From: an uncultured Methanospirillum sp.
Lineage (GTDB): Archaea; Halobacteriota; Methanomicrobia; Methanomicrobiales; Methanospirillaceae
Direction: 5' to 3'
NCBI GenBank assembly: GCA_964515765.1
Contig: CAZEWE010000002.1
Location: 1 to 34,670, forward strand
Length of the DNA stretch: 34,670 bases
The position numbers were made by a program, and so were the translations under genes. Shown here one piece after another: positions 1 to 11,152 of this stretch (the stretch's first letter is position 1; every line of letters starts with the position of its first letter). Below the pieces are notes generated by a model. The model was not told the origin of the DNA and ran no database searches. It saw only the letters and a program-made list of their open reading frames with translations.

Positions 1-34
1 AATTGTCTATGCCGTATTCCGGCGTGATCGCTGA

Positions 35-1324
35 ATGATAGAATACTACCTTTACATAATTATTTTCATATTATGCCTCATTCTGTCCGGTTTTTTCTCC
101 GGATCGGAAGTGGCATTATTCTCTATTACCAGGGCCAAGGTCAGAACTCTTGTGAACGACAAAGAGCCAGGATCTGAAGCTCTTGCCACCCTGAAAAAAA
201 GTCCGGATAGGTTTCTCATTACCATCCTTATCGGGAATAATATCGTCAATATCCTTGCGGCATCAGTCGCGACCGCTGTGGCAATCGGATTATTAGGAGA
301 AACCGGATTTGCCGTCACGGTTTCCACCATCGTAGTGGTATTACTGCTGCTTGTGTTTGGAGAGGTGTGGCCGAAGATGTATGCATCAAGGAATGCAACC
401 AGGCTATCATTACGGTTTTCGCCGATCATCCTTTTTTTATCCCAGATCTTCGCTCCGGTCATCTTCATTTTCAACAAGATTGCCGGGAAGATGACCGGGG
501 CCGGAGCTTTTGCCCATCATATGATAACAGAAGAGGAGATCAAGGAATGGATTGATGTCGGCCAGGAAGAAGGAACCATTGAAAAGGATGAGCAGGAGAT
601 GCTGCACTCCGTCTTTGAGTTCTCTGATACCCGTGTGCGCGAAGTCATGACCCCGCGAATTGATGTTGTTATGCTTGAGGATACCTCCAGTTCTGATGAA
701 GCCCTGGAGCTCTTTAAAAATACCGGGTTTTCACGTCTGCCGGTATGGCATGAGAATATCGATACAATCCGCGGAATTCTCAATGTCAAGGATGCCATCT
801 TCTCAGTCCTTGAGACGCATGAGTCCATCCCTATTGTAGAACTCCTGTCTGAACCGCTCTTTGTTCCGGAAACAAAAAATATTGATGATCTTCTTCGGGA
901 GTTACGGGTGAAAAAGACCCACATGGCCATCGTCCTTGATGAATACGGCAGTTTTGTAGGGATTGTCACCGTGGAAGATATCCTTGAGGAGCTGGTGGGT
1001 GATATCCTTGATGAATTTGATACCGAAGAGCACGAGCTTGTCAGGGTGGCGGAGGATGTCTACTCGGTTGATGCGCGAATATGGGTGGAAGACCTCAATA
1101 AACAACTGGACCTGCATCTGCCGATGAGTGAGACCTATGAAACAATTGCAGGCCTCGTTATTGAACGGCTCGGCAATATTCCCCGGATAGGGGATGTATG
1201 TGAACTTGCCGAAGAGGGAGTCCGTCTGGTGATTATTCAGATGACCGGAAAACGAATCAACCGACTGAAACTTATCAGGATACAGCCACCAGAGCCTTCT
1301 GATGAGCAGGAGAGGACAGGATGA
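35..1324 (+). CDS. Hemolysin/CNNM (DUF21)-CBS-CorC/HlyC family membrane protein, putative Mg2+/Co2+ transport
   Basis: N-terminal TM segment with SGFFSGSEVALFS and TILIGNNIVN, FGEVWPK, paired CBS domains (VREVMTPR, GFSRLPV, VLDEYG...EDILEELVG), C-terminal CorC_HlyC domain (YETIAGLV). Confidence 0.9.
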   Translation: MIEYYLYIIIFILCLILSGFFSGSEVALFSITRAKVRTLVNDKEPGSEALATLKKSPDRFLITILIGNNIVNILAASVATAVAIGLLGETGFAVTVSTIVVVLLLLVFGEVWPKMYASRNATRLSLRFSPIILFLSQIFAPVIFIFNKIAGKMTGAGAFAHHMITEEEIKEWIDVGQEEGTIEKDEQEMLHSVFEFSDTRVREVMTPRIDVVMLEDTSSSDEALELFKNTGFSRLPVWHENIDTIRGILNVKDAIFSVLETHESIPIVELLSEPLFVPETKNIDDLLRELRVKKTHMAIVLDEYGSFVGIVTVEDILEELVGDILDEFDTEEHELVRVAEDVYSVDARIWVEDLNKQLDLHLPMSETYETIAGLVIERLGNIPRIGDVCELAEEGVRLVIIQMTGKRINRLKLIRIQPPEPSDEQERTG

Positions 1325-1938
1325 ACCAGGGAACGTTTGTAGTTCTTGCATCAGGAAGAGGATCAAATTTCCAGGCGATCATTGACCGGGTTCATGAAGG
1401 CTCTATTAACGCCGTCTGTACCGGACTGATCACCGACAACCCGGATGCCTATGCGATAAAGCGGGCTGAAGATGCGGGAATACCTGCTGAGGTCGTCCCG
1501 TACCGGACATTTCCGGATAAGATCAAGTATGAGGATGCCCTCATGGCGGTTCTTGCGCGGTATAACCCTGACCTTGTGGTGCTGGCCGGATACATGCGGC
1601 TCCTTGGTGAGCGGATCGTTGATGCATACACCGGGAAGATGATTAATATTCATCCCTCCCTTCTCCCTGCATTCCAGGGTCTTCATGCGCAGAGACAGGC
1701 CCTGATGTATGGAACGAAGGTAGCAGGATGCACCGTCCACTTTGTCACCCATGACATGGATGCCGGACCGGTTATCATACAACGAACGGTTCCGGTCCTT
1801 GACGATGACGACGAGGAGAGCCTTGCTGACCGGATCCTGGTTGAGGAGCATCAGGCATATTCAGAGGCCATCAAGCTCTTTTTTGAAAAGAGGCTCCGGA
1901 TTGAGGGTCGCAGGGTACGGATTCTTCCCGATTCATGA
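1321..1938 (+). CDS. purN: Phosphoribosylglycinamide formyltransferase
   Basis: [40 protein letters not shown] motifs; ATGA overlap with upstream gene. Confidence 0.96.
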   Translation: MNQGTFVVLASGRGSNFQAIIDRVHEGSINAVCTGLITDNPDAYAIKRAEDAGIPAEVVPYRTFPDKIKYEDALMAVLARYNPDLVVLAGYMRLLGERIVDAYTGKMINIHPSLLPAFQGLHAQRQALMYGTKVAGCTVHFVTHDMDAGPVIIQRTVPVLDDDDEESLADRILVEEHQAYSEAIKLFFEKRLRIEGRRVRILPDS

Positions 1939-2273
1939 GCAGGAAAGGGACACGTTCAGATAGAAAGCATATTGCCATGGAGCGGATTTCCATCCTGTTT
2001 TCAAAGGCAGAATCTTTCTTTTCATGGAACCAGGAATACAGTCACCACTGCGTCAGATCTGCCCGCCTGATAGCCATGAAGGAACGGGTGAGAATACCCC
2101 CCTGGCTGAGAAGAAGATATTGCAGAAAGTGTAATGCATACCTGGTTCCCGGTGTTACCGGAAGAGTGAGAATATACCGGGGAAGGGTGATCATCACCTG
2201 TCTTACCTGTGGCTGGCATCGAAGAATACCAACTACCAGGAGAAACAATACCAATGGAAAAGAAAAGAAGTGA
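1935..2273 (+). CDS. rnp4: Ribonuclease P protein component 4 (Rpp21/Rpr2)
   Basis: [16 protein letters not shown]...TCLTCG zinc ribbon, basic; conserved position before the YhbY-like gene and rps19e. Confidence 0.92.
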   Translation: MSRKGTRSDRKHIAMERISILFSKAESFFSWNQEYSHHCVRSARLIAMKERVRIPPWLRRRYCRKCNAYLVPGVTGRVRIYRGRVIITCLTCGWHRRIPTTRRNNTNGKEKK

Positions 2274-2502
2274 TTCGGGATTTCATGACCTGAAACCCAC
2301 GATATGGGTCGGCAAACAGGGAATGAGCGATACCATACTGGACGAGATAAAAAACCAGATCAAAGTCAGAAAAGTCATCAAGGTGAAGTGGCTTTCCTCG
2401 GTTGAGATAGATCCTGAATCGATTGCAACACAAAGCAGGACAAAACTCCTTCAGGTCCGCGGAAGAACGATGGTCCTTGGAGATTCCCAGCTCTACCGGT
2501 GA
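2254..2502 (+). CDS. YhbY/CRM-domain RNA-binding protein
   Basis: [16 protein letters not shown]...[13 protein letters not shown] motifs; ATG at 2254 preferred over 2209 because AGGAG lies about 10 nt upstream. Confidence 0.88.
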   Translation: MEKKRSDSGFHDLKPTIWVGKQGMSDTILDEIKNQIKVRKVIKVKWLSSVEIDPESIATQSRTKLLQVRGRTMVLGDSQLYR

Positions 2503-2511
2503 TCAAAACCT

Positions 2512-2524
2512 CGAAATATATATG
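2512..2524 (+). promoter_or_regulatory. Putative archaeal BRE/TATA promoter for the rps19e operon
   Basis: cgaaatatatatg in the 78-bp intergenic gap before rps19e. Confidence 0.5.
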
Positions 2525-2580
2525 AACACTACACGCGAATAAGTAGAGACTACGATCCGTATTGAGAGTGTGGACTATCG

Positions 2581-3003
2581 ATGACTACTGTATATGATGT
2601 TCCGGCCGACAAGCTCATCGCGAAAGCGGCAACGGAACTGAAGGAAAAAGCCGAAATAACCGCGCCTGAATGGGCACCATTTGTAAAAACCGGTACACAC
2701 CGTGAGATGCCCCCGGAAGATCCGGAGTGGTGGTATACCCGTGCAGCAGCTGTCCTCAGGCGTGTATATGTTGATGGACCGGTCGGTGTTGAGAGAATGC
2801 GTTCGGTTTATGGCGGTAAGAAAGACCGTGGTTCCAAGCCGGGCAAGTCGGTAAAGGGAAGTGGCTCTATCCTCCGTAAATCACTGCAGCAGCTCGAAGC
2901 AGCGGGATTTGTTGCAAAACAGAAGAACGGAAGGGTCATTACCCCTGCAGGCGCTTCATTCCTTGATGGAATCGCCTATACCGTCAGCAAAGAGAACCAG
3001 TAA
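2581..3003 (+). CDS. rps19e: 30S ribosomal protein S19e
   Basis: [51 protein letters not shown]. Confidence 0.97.
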   Translation: MTTVYDVPADKLIAKAATELKEKAEITAPEWAPFVKTGTHREMPPEDPEWWYTRAAAVLRRVYVDGPVGVERMRSVYGGKKDRGSKPGKSVKGSGSILRKSLQQLEAAGFVAKQKNGRVITPAGASFLDGIAYTVSKENQ

Positions 3004-3021
3004 ACAGGATTGGTGAAACAG

Positions 3022-3354
3022 ATGGGTGAAGATGAACTGGCTGAAATCCGCCGGAGAAAAATGGCAGAAATGCAGCAACACGCTGCAATGCAACAACAGG
3101 ATATCGAGCGTCAGCAGCAGTATGATGCGCAGATGCAGATGGCACTCATGCAGATTCTTGAGCCGGAAGCCAGGGAAAGACTCAATACCATCAAACTCAC
3201 CAAGCCGGATTTTGCCAGGGCTGTTGAGCAACAACTGGTAATGCTTGCACAAAGTGGCAGAATCAAGAACAAAATATCAGATGATCAGCTGAAGGTCATT
3301 CTCCAGCAGGTGACCCCGGCGAAACGGGAATTCAATATCAGGCGGAAGGGATGA
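3022..3354 (+). CDS. PDCD5-family dsDNA-binding protein
   Basis: DELAEIRRRKMAE, ILEPEARERLNTIKL.KP, VEQQLVMLAQSGRI, REFNIRRK; ATG 3022 follows a GGTGA SD. Confidence 0.93.
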   Translation: MGEDELAEIRRRKMAEMQQHAAMQQQDIERQQQYDAQMQMALMQILEPEARERLNTIKLTKPDFARAVEQQLVMLAQSGRIKNKISDDQLKVILQQVTPAKREFNIRRKG

Positions 3355-3944
3355 GGGCAGCCGTCCTCTTTTCAGGTGGAAAGGACAGCTCTCTTGCTGC
3401 CATTCTCCTCTCCACCTGGTATGAGGTCGAACTGAATACCTATCTCTTCAGTCAGGATACGAACATCGACGCGGTCAGGAAAGCCGCAGGATCACTCGGT
3501 TTTCCTCACCATGTCCGCCAGTTCAGGAAAGAACTCCTTGGTGAGATAGTAGATCTCATCATCAGGGAGGGATTTCCAAATAATGCAATCCAGCAGGTTC
3601 ACCGTGAGGCAATCCGGTGTTTATGCGAAGAGTATGATGTGATTGCTGACGGAACACGGTTTGGTGACCGTGTTCCCCTCCTCACCGATGATGAGATTCG
3701 AAGTATCGGGGACCGGTATGGGTGCTCCTATATCAGGCCCCTGATAGGATTTCCAAAGAAAGAGGTTGAACGACTGGTTTCCCGATACCTGATCATCGCA
3801 CACGGAGTGACAGGTGAGATACAGAACGGGGATTATGAAACAGGGATTAGGAGAGAACTCGTGCGAAGAGGTCTTTCTCCTGAATCATTCTTCCCTCCTG
3901 CTCACCAGCAGTCACTTGTCACCGGCAGAAAACCCAATTCATAG
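3351..3944 (+). CDS. Uncharacterised PP-loop adenine-nucleotide alpha-hydrolase family protein
   Basis: [12 protein letters not shown]-loop, DGTR.GDRVP, GDYE motifs; conserved location between the PDCD5-like gene and rpl39e. Confidence 0.8.
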   Translation: MRAAVLFSGGKDSSLAAILLSTWYEVELNTYLFSQDTNIDAVRKAAGSLGFPHHVRQFRKELLGEIVDLIIREGFPNNAIQQVHREAIRCLCEEYDVIADGTRFGDRVPLLTDDEIRSIGDRYGCSYIRPLIGFPKKEVERLVSRYLIIAHGVTGEIQNGDYETGIRRELVRRGLSPESFFPPAHQQSLVTGRKPNS

Positions 3945-3951
3945 GTGTATC

Positions 3952-4104
3952 ATGAGCAAACTGACAAAATGCCGTAAGATTCGGTTATCAAAAAAGACCA
4001 CACAGAACCGCAGGGTTCCTCAGTGGGTTATGGTAAAGACAGCCAGAGCAGTAATGGCCCATCCACAGCGTCACAGCTGGCGGCGGAGCACCCTTAAGGT
4101 GTGA
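3952..4104 (+). CDS. rpl39e: 50S ribosomal protein L39e
   Basis: 50 aa MSKLTK...[13 protein letters not shown]...HPQRHSWRR; ATG 3952 after AGGTG SD. Confidence 0.95.
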   Translation: MSKLTKCRKIRLSKKTTQNRRVPQWVMVKTARAVMAHPQRHSWRRSTLKV

Positions 4105-4109
4105 GATTC

Positions 4110-4373
4110 ATGGTTGATAAACTTCAGGAACAGTTGTATGTGATTCCCCTTGGGGGAGTGAAGAGAGCACCGAGATGGCGCCGGAGTGCAAAGGCTATGA
4201 AGGATATCCGTGCATTCTTAAGCCGCCATATGAAGAGTGATGATGTCCGCCTTGGCCAGGATATTAATGAGAGAGTCTGGTCCAGGGGCACGGAAAAGCC
4301 TCCTGCACGGGTCCGCGTCCGGGCTATGAAGCTCGAAGACGGGCATGTTCAGGCAGAGCTGGCTGAGGAGTAG
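4110..4373 (+). CDS. rpl31e: 50S ribosomal protein L31e
   Basis: [34 protein letters not shown]. Confidence 0.95.
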   Translation: MVDKLQEQLYVIPLGGVKRAPRWRRSAKAMKDIRAFLSRHMKSDDVRLGQDINERVWSRGTEKPPARVRVRAMKLEDGHVQAELAEE

Positions 4374-5039
4374 ATGGACCGTTTTGTCTCGATAGCCGGA
4401 GATTCCCATATAGGCGTTTTCACCCGCGTATTTGATGATATCGCGGTTGTTCCACCAGAGGTGCCTGAGGAGTTTGCCGCCAGGTACGAAGAAGCATTAA
4501 AGGTTGAAATTGTCAGGACTACCATCCAGAGAAGTCCGATCATAGGTTCACTTCTTGTCGGAAACAATAACGGACTGGTAATCACGGGAATGGCAACCGA
4601 AGAAGAGATAGGGACCCTCTCAGAATATCGTGACCTGATGCTGCTGGAAGAGGGTATGAATGCTGCCGGGAATATTATTCTGGCAAATGATCACTTTGCG
4701 GCAGTTCATCCTGAAATGGATGAGGAATTCATGGATGCCCTGAGTGACTTTCTGAAAGTTCCGGTCATTCCCCTGACCCTTGGTGATGTCCCGACAGTCG
4801 GGATGGCAGCAGTCGCAACAAATTCAGGTGTTGTTGTCAATCCCCGTACCACTCCCGGTGAAATTCAGAAACTGGAGCAGGTATGTTCACTCCCTGTTGG
4901 GAAGGGATCTGTCGTCATGGGAAATGCGATGGTTGGAACGGGTCTTGTTGCAAACCGTCACGGGTACCTTGCCGGAGTCGGGACAAGCGGTTATGAACTC
5001 GGCAGAATTGAAGATATTTTAGGTTTTGAGGAGGAATAA
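4374..5039 (+). CDS. eif6: Translation initiation factor 6 (aIF6)
   Basis: HIGVF, IIGSL..GNNNG, AGNIILAND, GTGLVAN, TSGYELGRIEDILG. Confidence 0.94.
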   Translation: MDRFVSIAGDSHIGVFTRVFDDIAVVPPEVPEEFAARYEEALKVEIVRTTIQRSPIIGSLLVGNNNGLVITGMATEEEIGTLSEYRDLMLLEEGMNAAGNIILANDHFAAVHPEMDEEFMDALSDFLKVPVIPLTLGDVPTVGMAAVATNSGVVVNPRTTPGEIQKLEQVCSLPVGKGSVVMGNAMVGTGLVANRHGYLAGVGTSGYELGRIEDILGFEEE

Positions 5040-5041
5040 AG

Positions 5042-5236
5042 ATGGATGAGAAGAAATTCGAAGTAAAAGGAACGTACCAGGAGAAGCGTGACTTCTGGAA
5101 ACCATATACAAAAGTTCTCTCTGCACCAAATGCCACCCAGGCAGAAGAGCGGATTTTTGCAATCATTGGAAGCAAACACCGCCTTGCACGTCCCTACATC
5201 AAGGTTGAATCTGTCTCCGAACTGAGTGGAGAGTGA
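5042..5236 (+). CDS. rpl18a: 50S ribosomal protein L18Ae (LX)
   Basis: FEVKG, YTK...A.N...AEERIF..IGSKHRL.R..IKV; operon context. Confidence 0.9.
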   Translation: MDEKKFEVKGTYQEKRDFWKPYTKVLSAPNATQAEERIFAIIGSKHRLARPYIKVESVSELSGE

Positions 5237-5691
5237 TCCCGGTGGCTGCCCCCGTTGACCCCAGGGAAGTTCAGTCTCTTCAGACATATCTGAACCAGTA
5301 CACCCAGCAGGCAGAGGTATACTCACGCCAGCTCGGGATGATGGAAGAGGGTATTCGTGAGGCAAACGCTTCAATTGAGACGCTGAATGCCCTTGCAGAG
5401 GCAGGGGAAGCACCGGTATTCATGCCGATAGGTGGCGGACTGAATATCAGGGCTACCATAATTCAGCCTGATGAGGTCTTTGTCAGTATTGGCTCGGATA
5501 TCATTGTTCAAAAGACGAACGAAGGTGCAATTTCATACCTGCAGGATCGGATTAAGGAGATGGAGGCATCAGCCAAGAATCTGACTGAGGTGCTGCAGAA
5601 GATTGATGCACAGGTAAAAGACATTCAGAAACGTCTTGAACAATTATACCGACAGGCCCAGGCTGAACAACAGGGTGCAGGTTCCCTCTGA
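5233..5691 (+). CDS. pfdA: Prefoldin subunit alpha
   Basis: Coiled coils flanking beta-hairpins (FMPIGGG, VSIGSDIIVQK); GTG start overlapping rpl18a stop. Confidence 0.92.
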   Translation: MIPVAAPVDPREVQSLQTYLNQYTQQAEVYSRQLGMMEEGIREANASIETLNALAEAGEAPVFMPIGGGLNIRATIIQPDEVFVSIGSDIIVQKTNEGAISYLQDRIKEMEASAKNLTEVLQKIDAQVKDIQKRLEQLYRQAQAEQQGAGSL

Positions 5692-5726
5692 ACTCCTGCC
5701 TTTTGTTTGGCAGCAGGTGACGGAAC

Positions 5727-6791
5727 ATGTTCAAAGCACTGAAAGAAAAACTCTTTTCTGCCAGAAAAAAACTGGAACATTCGATCGAAGAAACCACTCC
5801 GGTCCAGACTGATAAACCTCATGATGTATCCGAAGCAGAACAGATATCTCATCCTCAGCAGGCAGTGGAGACCCCTGCTCCAGTACAGGAGAAGAAGGCT
5901 GCCCCCAAGATCACTGATAAGATCGTCTCTTTTGTCAGGGATCGTGAGTTCATCATCTCTGAAAAGGATGTCAGTGATATCCTTGATGAACTTGAGATGG
6001 GACTGCTTGAGAGTGATGTTGCCTTTTCTGTAACTGAAGCGATTCTTTCAAGAATCAAAGATGATCTTTCTGGATCTAAACGAAAGATCGGAACATCTGT
6101 TGACTCAATTGTCCGGGATGCATTATCTGATGCCCTTCTAGGAGTTCTTGGAGAAGGGGTTGATATCTGTGCATTTATCAGGGAGCATGAACGTCCGGTC
6201 AAGATTCTCTTTACCGGAGTAAATGGAACAGGAAAGACCACCTCCATCGCAAAGGTCACCCGGTTTTTACAGAATAACGGATTTTCAGTTGTTCTCGGTG
6301 CCGGAGACACCTTCCGGGCCGGTGCCATCGAACAGATAGATGTTCATGGTGAGCGGCTTGGGGTGAAAGTAATTCAGCATCAGGAAGGATCAGACCCGAC
6401 CGCAGTCCTGTTTGACACGGTGGAATATGCGAGAGCTCATAAGATTGATGTGGTCCTTGGTGATACCGCCGGACGGTTCCATAACCGGGCAAACCTCATG
6501 AACCAGCTGGCAAAGATTCGGAGAGTCATAAATCCTGACCTCATCGTCTATGTTGATGAGGCAGTTGCCGGAAATGATGCCGTCATCCGTGCTGAAGAGT
6601 TTGCAAAGTCAGTCGGGATGGATGCCATCATGCTCACGAAGGTAGATATGGATCCAAAAGGAGGGGCCGCAATATCCGTCGCATATGCCGTTGGAAAACC
6701 CCTTCTCTTTATCGGAACCGGACAGGGATATGATGATGTCATGGCCTTCAACCCCCAACTTGTTGTTGCCGACCTGCTGGGTGATGGATAA
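5727..6791 (+). CDS. ftsY: Signal recognition particle receptor FtsY
   Basis: [52 protein letters not shown]. Confidence 0.97.
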   Translation: MFKALKEKLFSARKKLEHSIEETTPVQTDKPHDVSEAEQISHPQQAVETPAPVQEKKAAPKITDKIVSFVRDREFIISEKDVSDILDELEMGLLESDVAFSVTEAILSRIKDDLSGSKRKIGTSVDSIVRDALSDALLGVLGEGVDICAFIREHERPVKILFTGVNGTGKTTSIAKVTRFLQNNGFSVVLGAGDTFRAGAIEQIDVHGERLGVKVIQHQEGSDPTAVLFDTVEYARAHKIDVVLGDTAGRFHNRANLMNQLAKIRRVINPDLIVYVDEAVAGNDAVIRAEEFAKSVGMDAIMLTKVDMDPKGGAAISVAYAVGKPLLFIGTGQGYDDVMAFNPQLVVADLLGDG

Positions 6792-8104
6792 TGCTTGACA
6801 ACCTTGGTTCTAACCTGAAGGATGCCCTGCGGAAACTTGCCGGCAAGACTGTCATTGACCGGGCTGCAGTAGAAGAACTGGTCAAAGACCTCCAGCGTGC
6901 ACTGCTCCAAGCGGATGTGAACGTCAAGCAGGTGATGCAGCTCTCGCAGACCATCAAAAAGCGGGCACTTGATGAGCAACCGCCAAAAGGTGTCACCGCA
7001 CGGGAGCATGTTCTCCGAATCGTCTATGAGGAACTGGTCGCTCTTGTCGGTCAGAAGGTTGAGGTATCCCTTGGAAAACAGATCATCCTGATGGCAGGTC
7101 TGCAGGGTTCAGGAAAGACCACAACGACTGCGAAACTAGCCAGGTTTTTTAAGCGAAAAGGGATGAAGGTTGCAGTCATTTGTGCTGATACCTTCCGGCC
7201 TGGTGCTTTCACCCAGGTCAAAACCCTCTGTGACAAGGTGCATGTTCCCTGTTATGGCGATCCATCAGAACATGATGCCAGAAAGATCGTCAGGGAGGGT
7301 CTTGCCCAGCTGAAGGAAGAGGTCATCATTGTTGATACCCAGGGTCGTCATGCCCTTGAGGATGACCTTATCACCGAGATTATTGACCTGAACGAGATTA
7401 CGAAGGCAACGCACCGGTGGCTGGTTCTGGATGCGGCACTTGGTCAGCAGGCACGCGAACAGGCCAGACGCTTTCACGAAGCGGTGTCCATTGACGGTGT
7501 CATCATCACCAAGATGGACGGTACCGCAAAAGGTGGTGGTGCCATGTCTGCCGTTGCCGAGACCGGATCTGGTATCGTCTTTATCGGTCAGGGAGAGACC
7601 ATCGAGGATCTTGAGTGGTTTGATCCGAACAGTTACATCTCACGGCTCCTGGGGATGGGCGATCTCAAGGCTCTTGCCGAGCGGGTCCAGGACTCAATTG
7701 ATGAACAGGACATCGATGTCAATGCCATGCTCTCCGGCAAGTTCACACTCCGGGACATGTACCGCCAGCTTGAAGCGGTCAATAAGATGGGTCCGTTAAA
7801 ACAGGTCCTTTCGATGCTGCCACTGGGGGGTATGGATCTCCCCACCGAAGCACTTGATGTGACCGCATCAAAGATGGGCAAGTACCGGGTTATCATGGAC
7901 TCGATGACCCCGACTGAACTTGATGACCCGACCGTCCTCAATGGATCACGTATCCAGCGGATTGCACAGGGTGCAGGTGCCCAGCTTGAGGAAGTCCGTG
8001 AATTGATAAAATACTATAAAATGATGAAGCGGACATTCAAAGGCCTGAAAGGAGGAGAAAAGGGGATGCAGCGACTGATGAAGAAATTTGGGAAAATGGG
8101 CTGA
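6791..8104 (+). CDS. srp54: Signal recognition particle 54 kDa protein
   Basis: [35 protein letters not shown]-domain (FTLRDMY, SRIQRIA.GAG). Confidence 0.97.
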   Translation: MLDNLGSNLKDALRKLAGKTVIDRAAVEELVKDLQRALLQADVNVKQVMQLSQTIKKRALDEQPPKGVTAREHVLRIVYEELVALVGQKVEVSLGKQIILMAGLQGSGKTTTTAKLARFFKRKGMKVAVICADTFRPGAFTQVKTLCDKVHVPCYGDPSEHDARKIVREGLAQLKEEVIIVDTQGRHALEDDLITEIIDLNEITKATHRWLVLDAALGQQAREQARRFHEAVSIDGVIITKMDGTAKGGGAMSAVAETGSGIVFIGQGETIEDLEWFDPNSYISRLLGMGDLKALAERVQDSIDEQDIDVNAMLSGKFTLRDMYRQLEAVNKMGPLKQVLSMLPLGGMDLPTEALDVTASKMGKYRVIMDSMTPTELDDPTVLNGSRIQRIAQGAGAQLEEVRELIKYYKMMKRTFKGLKGGEKGMQRLMKKFGKMG

Positions 8105-8688
8105 TGACATCATTTACCGTCATCGGCCATACCGCATGTACAGATGCTTCGTTTTCCCTTGATGATCTTCCCGGAAAAGGAGGGCGAATGGACCTTCTCT
8201 GCCGGGTTGTTGCATCCTCCCTTTTTTTATCTCATGGCATCCGTGAAGATACCACCTGTGATATCATGCTTCTCGGTCCGCCACATCCAGGTCGGATCAT
8301 CCGGTTTGATGGCTCTGCACTGAGAAGTCTCTCTCCGGATGAGCGCAATGTCGCCTCGGCCATCAAAAGAGCACTGGCGATTCCCACTGGAAAAACGTTT
8401 CGGGAAGCTGGGCCGGGCCTTCTGACCAGAAAAGGAACCCTGGCAGATCAGCTGGCAGAGAAACACTACGCTGTTCTTGATGAATCGGGAACTGATATCA
8501 GGAAGGTAGCATCAGACGATCTGCCTGATGCATTTCTCCTCTCTGATAACCGGAACTTTACAGAAGATGAGATGGACTCTGTCAGGGAACTCCCGAAATA
8601 TTCTCTCGGGCCGGCAATTGTTCATGCAGACCATGCAATTGTTCTTATCCTCAACGAAATCGACCGAAGGAGGTCAGGATGGAACTGA
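8104..8688 (+). CDS. trmY: tRNA (pseudouridine(54)-N1)-methyltransferase
   Basis: FSLDDLPG.GGRMDLLCR, FLSHGIR, PDERN, SLGP...HADH...NEID; adjacent to pus10. Confidence 0.92.
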   Translation: MTSFTVIGHTACTDASFSLDDLPGKGGRMDLLCRVVASSLFLSHGIREDTTCDIMLLGPPHPGRIIRFDGSALRSLSPDERNVASAIKRALAIPTGKTFREAGPGLLTRKGTLADQLAEKHYAVLDESGTDIRKVASDDLPDAFLLSDNRNFTEDEMDSVRELPKYSLGPAIVHADHAIVLILNEIDRRRSGWN

Positions 8689-9926
8689 CTGAATTATACC
8701 AGAAAGTAACAGAATATGGAGATATTTGTGACCACTGCCTTGGCCGGCTGGTGGCAAAGCGGTCCTTTGGCCTCTCAAATGACCAGAGGGGGAAAGGTAT
8801 CCGGGTTGCAGCTGCACTAACCTTAAACCAGCCATACCAGGAACAGAAAGAACCCTGCTGGATCTGTGGAGATTTTTTTGAGACCGCCGATACATGGGCT
8901 GATCGGGTTATTGACGCATTTTCAGGCATTGAAGGAAAGACATTTGTCATCGGATCGAAGGTTCCCCCACTCATGAGTGAATCTGAAGAGATGGTGTGGA
9001 GTGATCTCGTCCTCTCTGATCCTGAACCGCTCAAATCTGAGATAAACCGCGAAGTGGGAAAACGTGTCGCTGCAAAATCCACCCTTGTCGGCGATACAAA
9101 AAACCCGGATCTGATTGCAGTCCTCAATATCAGTGATGGCACCATTGAGGTACAGATTCGTCCGCTCTTTATCTATGGAAGATATCTCAAATATGAGCGG
9201 GGAATTCCCCAGACCCACTGGGCCTGCAGAGCCTGCAAGGGCGCCGGGTGTGAGGTATGTGACGGGACCGGTAAACAATACCGTGATTCGGTGGAAGAAC
9301 TCATCGGTGCACCTCTGCTCCCCATTTTCAAGGCAGAACGGGTGTTCCTCCATGGCGCAGGACGTGAGGACATTGATGCAGTGATGATCGGGTCAGGAAG
9401 GCCGTTTATCCTGGAGATTGTGAACCCCCGGATCAGGGATGCAGATCCAAAAGTCCTCGAGGATGCCATTAATACATACAATGAGGGTCGGGTTGGGGTT
9501 ATCGATGTCACATGGAGTGCCCGGTCAGAGGTGGAAACCTTAAAGAGTCACAAGGGGCATAAAAAATACAGGATTCTGGTCGATATAGACGGTTCCGTCC
9601 CGGATACCGCCCTTCAATCAGCCGTACAGCAACTATCGGGGGCTTTAATTCGTCAGCGCACGCCAACACGAGTAGCCCACCGAAGGGCAGATAAAGTACG
9701 TGAACGGGGCGTTCTCGATATCAGATATACAGGAAAAGAGGGAAAAGACTTCATACTTGAGGTCACCGGTGAAGCCGGCCTGTATATTAAAGAGCTGATA
9801 TCCGGTGACCAGGGACGGACGACGCCTAGTCTGACAGAGGTCCTGAACACTCCTGCACGTGTAGTACAGCTCGATGTCATTCACGTAGAAGGAATAGATC
9901 AGGTGAAATCTCATGGCACTTCATAA
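8679..9926 (+). CDS. pus10: tRNA pseudouridine(54/55) synthase Pus10
   Basis: [61 protein letters not shown]. Confidence 0.95.
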   Translation: MELTELYQKVTEYGDICDHCLGRLVAKRSFGLSNDQRGKGIRVAAALTLNQPYQEQKEPCWICGDFFETADTWADRVIDAFSGIEGKTFVIGSKVPPLMSESEEMVWSDLVLSDPEPLKSEINREVGKRVAAKSTLVGDTKNPDLIAVLNISDGTIEVQIRPLFIYGRYLKYERGIPQTHWACRACKGAGCEVCDGTGKQYRDSVEELIGAPLLPIFKAERVFLHGAGREDIDAVMIGSGRPFILEIVNPRIRDADPKVLEDAINTYNEGRVGVIDVTWSARSEVETLKSHKGHKKYRILVDIDGSVPDTALQSAVQQLSGALIRQRTPTRVAHRRADKVRERGVLDIRYTGKEGKDFILEVTGEAGLYIKELISGDQGRTTPSLTEVLNTPARVVQLDVIHVEGIDQVKSHGTS

Positions 9927-10206
9927 CGGTCCTAGAAAAAAGACTCGGTATAAATTTAAGAAAGATCTCAGATCTCGTGGTGTTCTTCCGGTAACCCGGG
10001 TCATCCAGAAGTTTGAAGTCGGACAGAAGGTTCATATCGTTTGTGAACCGAGCATTCAGAAAGGAATGCCCCACCGCAGATTCCATGGCAAAACCGGCTC
10101 AGTTGTCGGTCAGCGGGGCCGTGCCTGGCTGGTTGAGATCCGTGACGGAAACAAATTCAAAACGGTCATCTCACGCCCCCAGCACCTCCGTGCACAGCAG
10201 TTCTAA
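9913..10206 (+). CDS. rpl21e: 50S ribosomal protein L21e
   Basis: [36 protein letters not shown]. Confidence 0.96.
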   Translation: MALHNGPRKKTRYKFKKDLRSRGVLPVTRVIQKFEVGQKVHIVCEPSIQKGMPHRRFHGKTGSVVGQRGRAWLVEIRDGNKFKTVISRPQHLRAQQF

Positions 10207-10227
10207 AGGAAATAGAGGAAGATTGGC

Positions 10228-10581
10228 ATGAAGATAAAAGGAATCCTGCAGGAAAAAGCAATTACTCTCCCTGAATTGAAAGAAGAGCTCCTGAATGTGG
10301 AAGCTTCACGACTTGAAAAGGGCAAAGAGATGTCATATGAGCTTCGGCGCAGTATTGAACATGCCAATCAGATCTCAAAAACATCTGCAGAGAAATCCAA
10401 GGAACTTGTGCAGGCACTGCTGCAGCTGGATAAAGTAAAACCTGACGTGGCATATCGTATTGCAAATGTCATGCCACGGACACGGGATGAAGTGCGGGCA
10501 GTATTTGGCAGGGATAAGTTTTCTCACACCCCCGAAGAACTCGATGCAATCATTGATCTGGTGATTTCTCACTTCAGATAG
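10228..10581 (+). CDS. rpoF: DNA-directed RNA polymerase subunit F (Rpo4)
   Basis: ITLPE.KE.L, SYE.RR...HA, IANVMPRT.DEVRA; rpl21e-rpoF-DUF655-ksgA synteny. Confidence 0.9.
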   Translation: MKIKGILQEKAITLPELKEELLNVEASRLEKGKEMSYELRRSIEHANQISKTSAEKSKELVQALLQLDKVKPDVAYRIANVMPRTRDEVRAVFGRDKFSHTPEELDAIIDLVISHFR

Positions 10582-10591
10582 GCTGATATTC

Positions 10592-11152
10592 ATGAAAGAG
10601 GAAAAAAAGGAGATCAATGCAGTAGTTCTGGATATTCTTCCCAAAGGATACCCTGATGATCCAAGGCCGATGTACAAGAGGGAGCCGGTTGTCCAGGCAG
10701 TCGGAGTGGAACAGTTCAAACTTCTTGAACTTATTCCAAAGAACCTGTCTCTTGACATTGGTGAACTGGTATACATCGGGGGTGGAGAGAGACCCAAGAT
10801 TGAACGGGTAAAGCGTCGGCTCAGGTACGATGAACTGACACACAGTGCAGTCCAGGAACTCTCTTTTGCAATTGAGCGGATAGTAAAGGACCGGGAGAAA
10901 GACTTCCTCGACTTTTACAACCGTGCAATTCCGATCACTCCGAAACTGCATATGCTCCATCTGCTCCCTGGTATCGGGAAGAAACTGATGTGGGAGATCA
11001 TCGAAGAGCGTGAGAAGAAACAGTTTGATAGCTTTGCAGATATCTCTCAAAGAATCAAAACTATCCCGCATCCGGATCGGATGATCCTGAACAGGATACT
11101 GGAAGAAATTCAGGATCCGAACGTAAAATATCATCTCTTTACGTCACGATGA
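10592..11152 (+). CDS. DUF655 family predicted RNA-binding protein (HhH motif)
   Basis: VVLD..P.G, QAVG...FKLLEL, LHMLHLLPGIGKK, FDSFADI..RI. Confidence 0.9.
   Translation: MKEEKKEINAVVLDILPKGYPDDPRPMYKREPVVQAVGVEQFKLLELIPKNLSLDIGELVYIGGGERPKIERVKRRLRYDELTHSAVQELSFAIERIVKDREKDFLDFYNRAIPITPKLHMLHLLPGIGKKLMWEIIEEREKKQFDSFADISQRIKTIPHPDRMILNRILEEIQDPNVKYHLFTSR

Noticed and set aside
3814-3951. N-terminal extension of rpl39e suggested by the ORF track
   Set aside because: Overlaps the PP-loop gene; the 50-aa protein from ATG 3952 has an SD and normal L39e size
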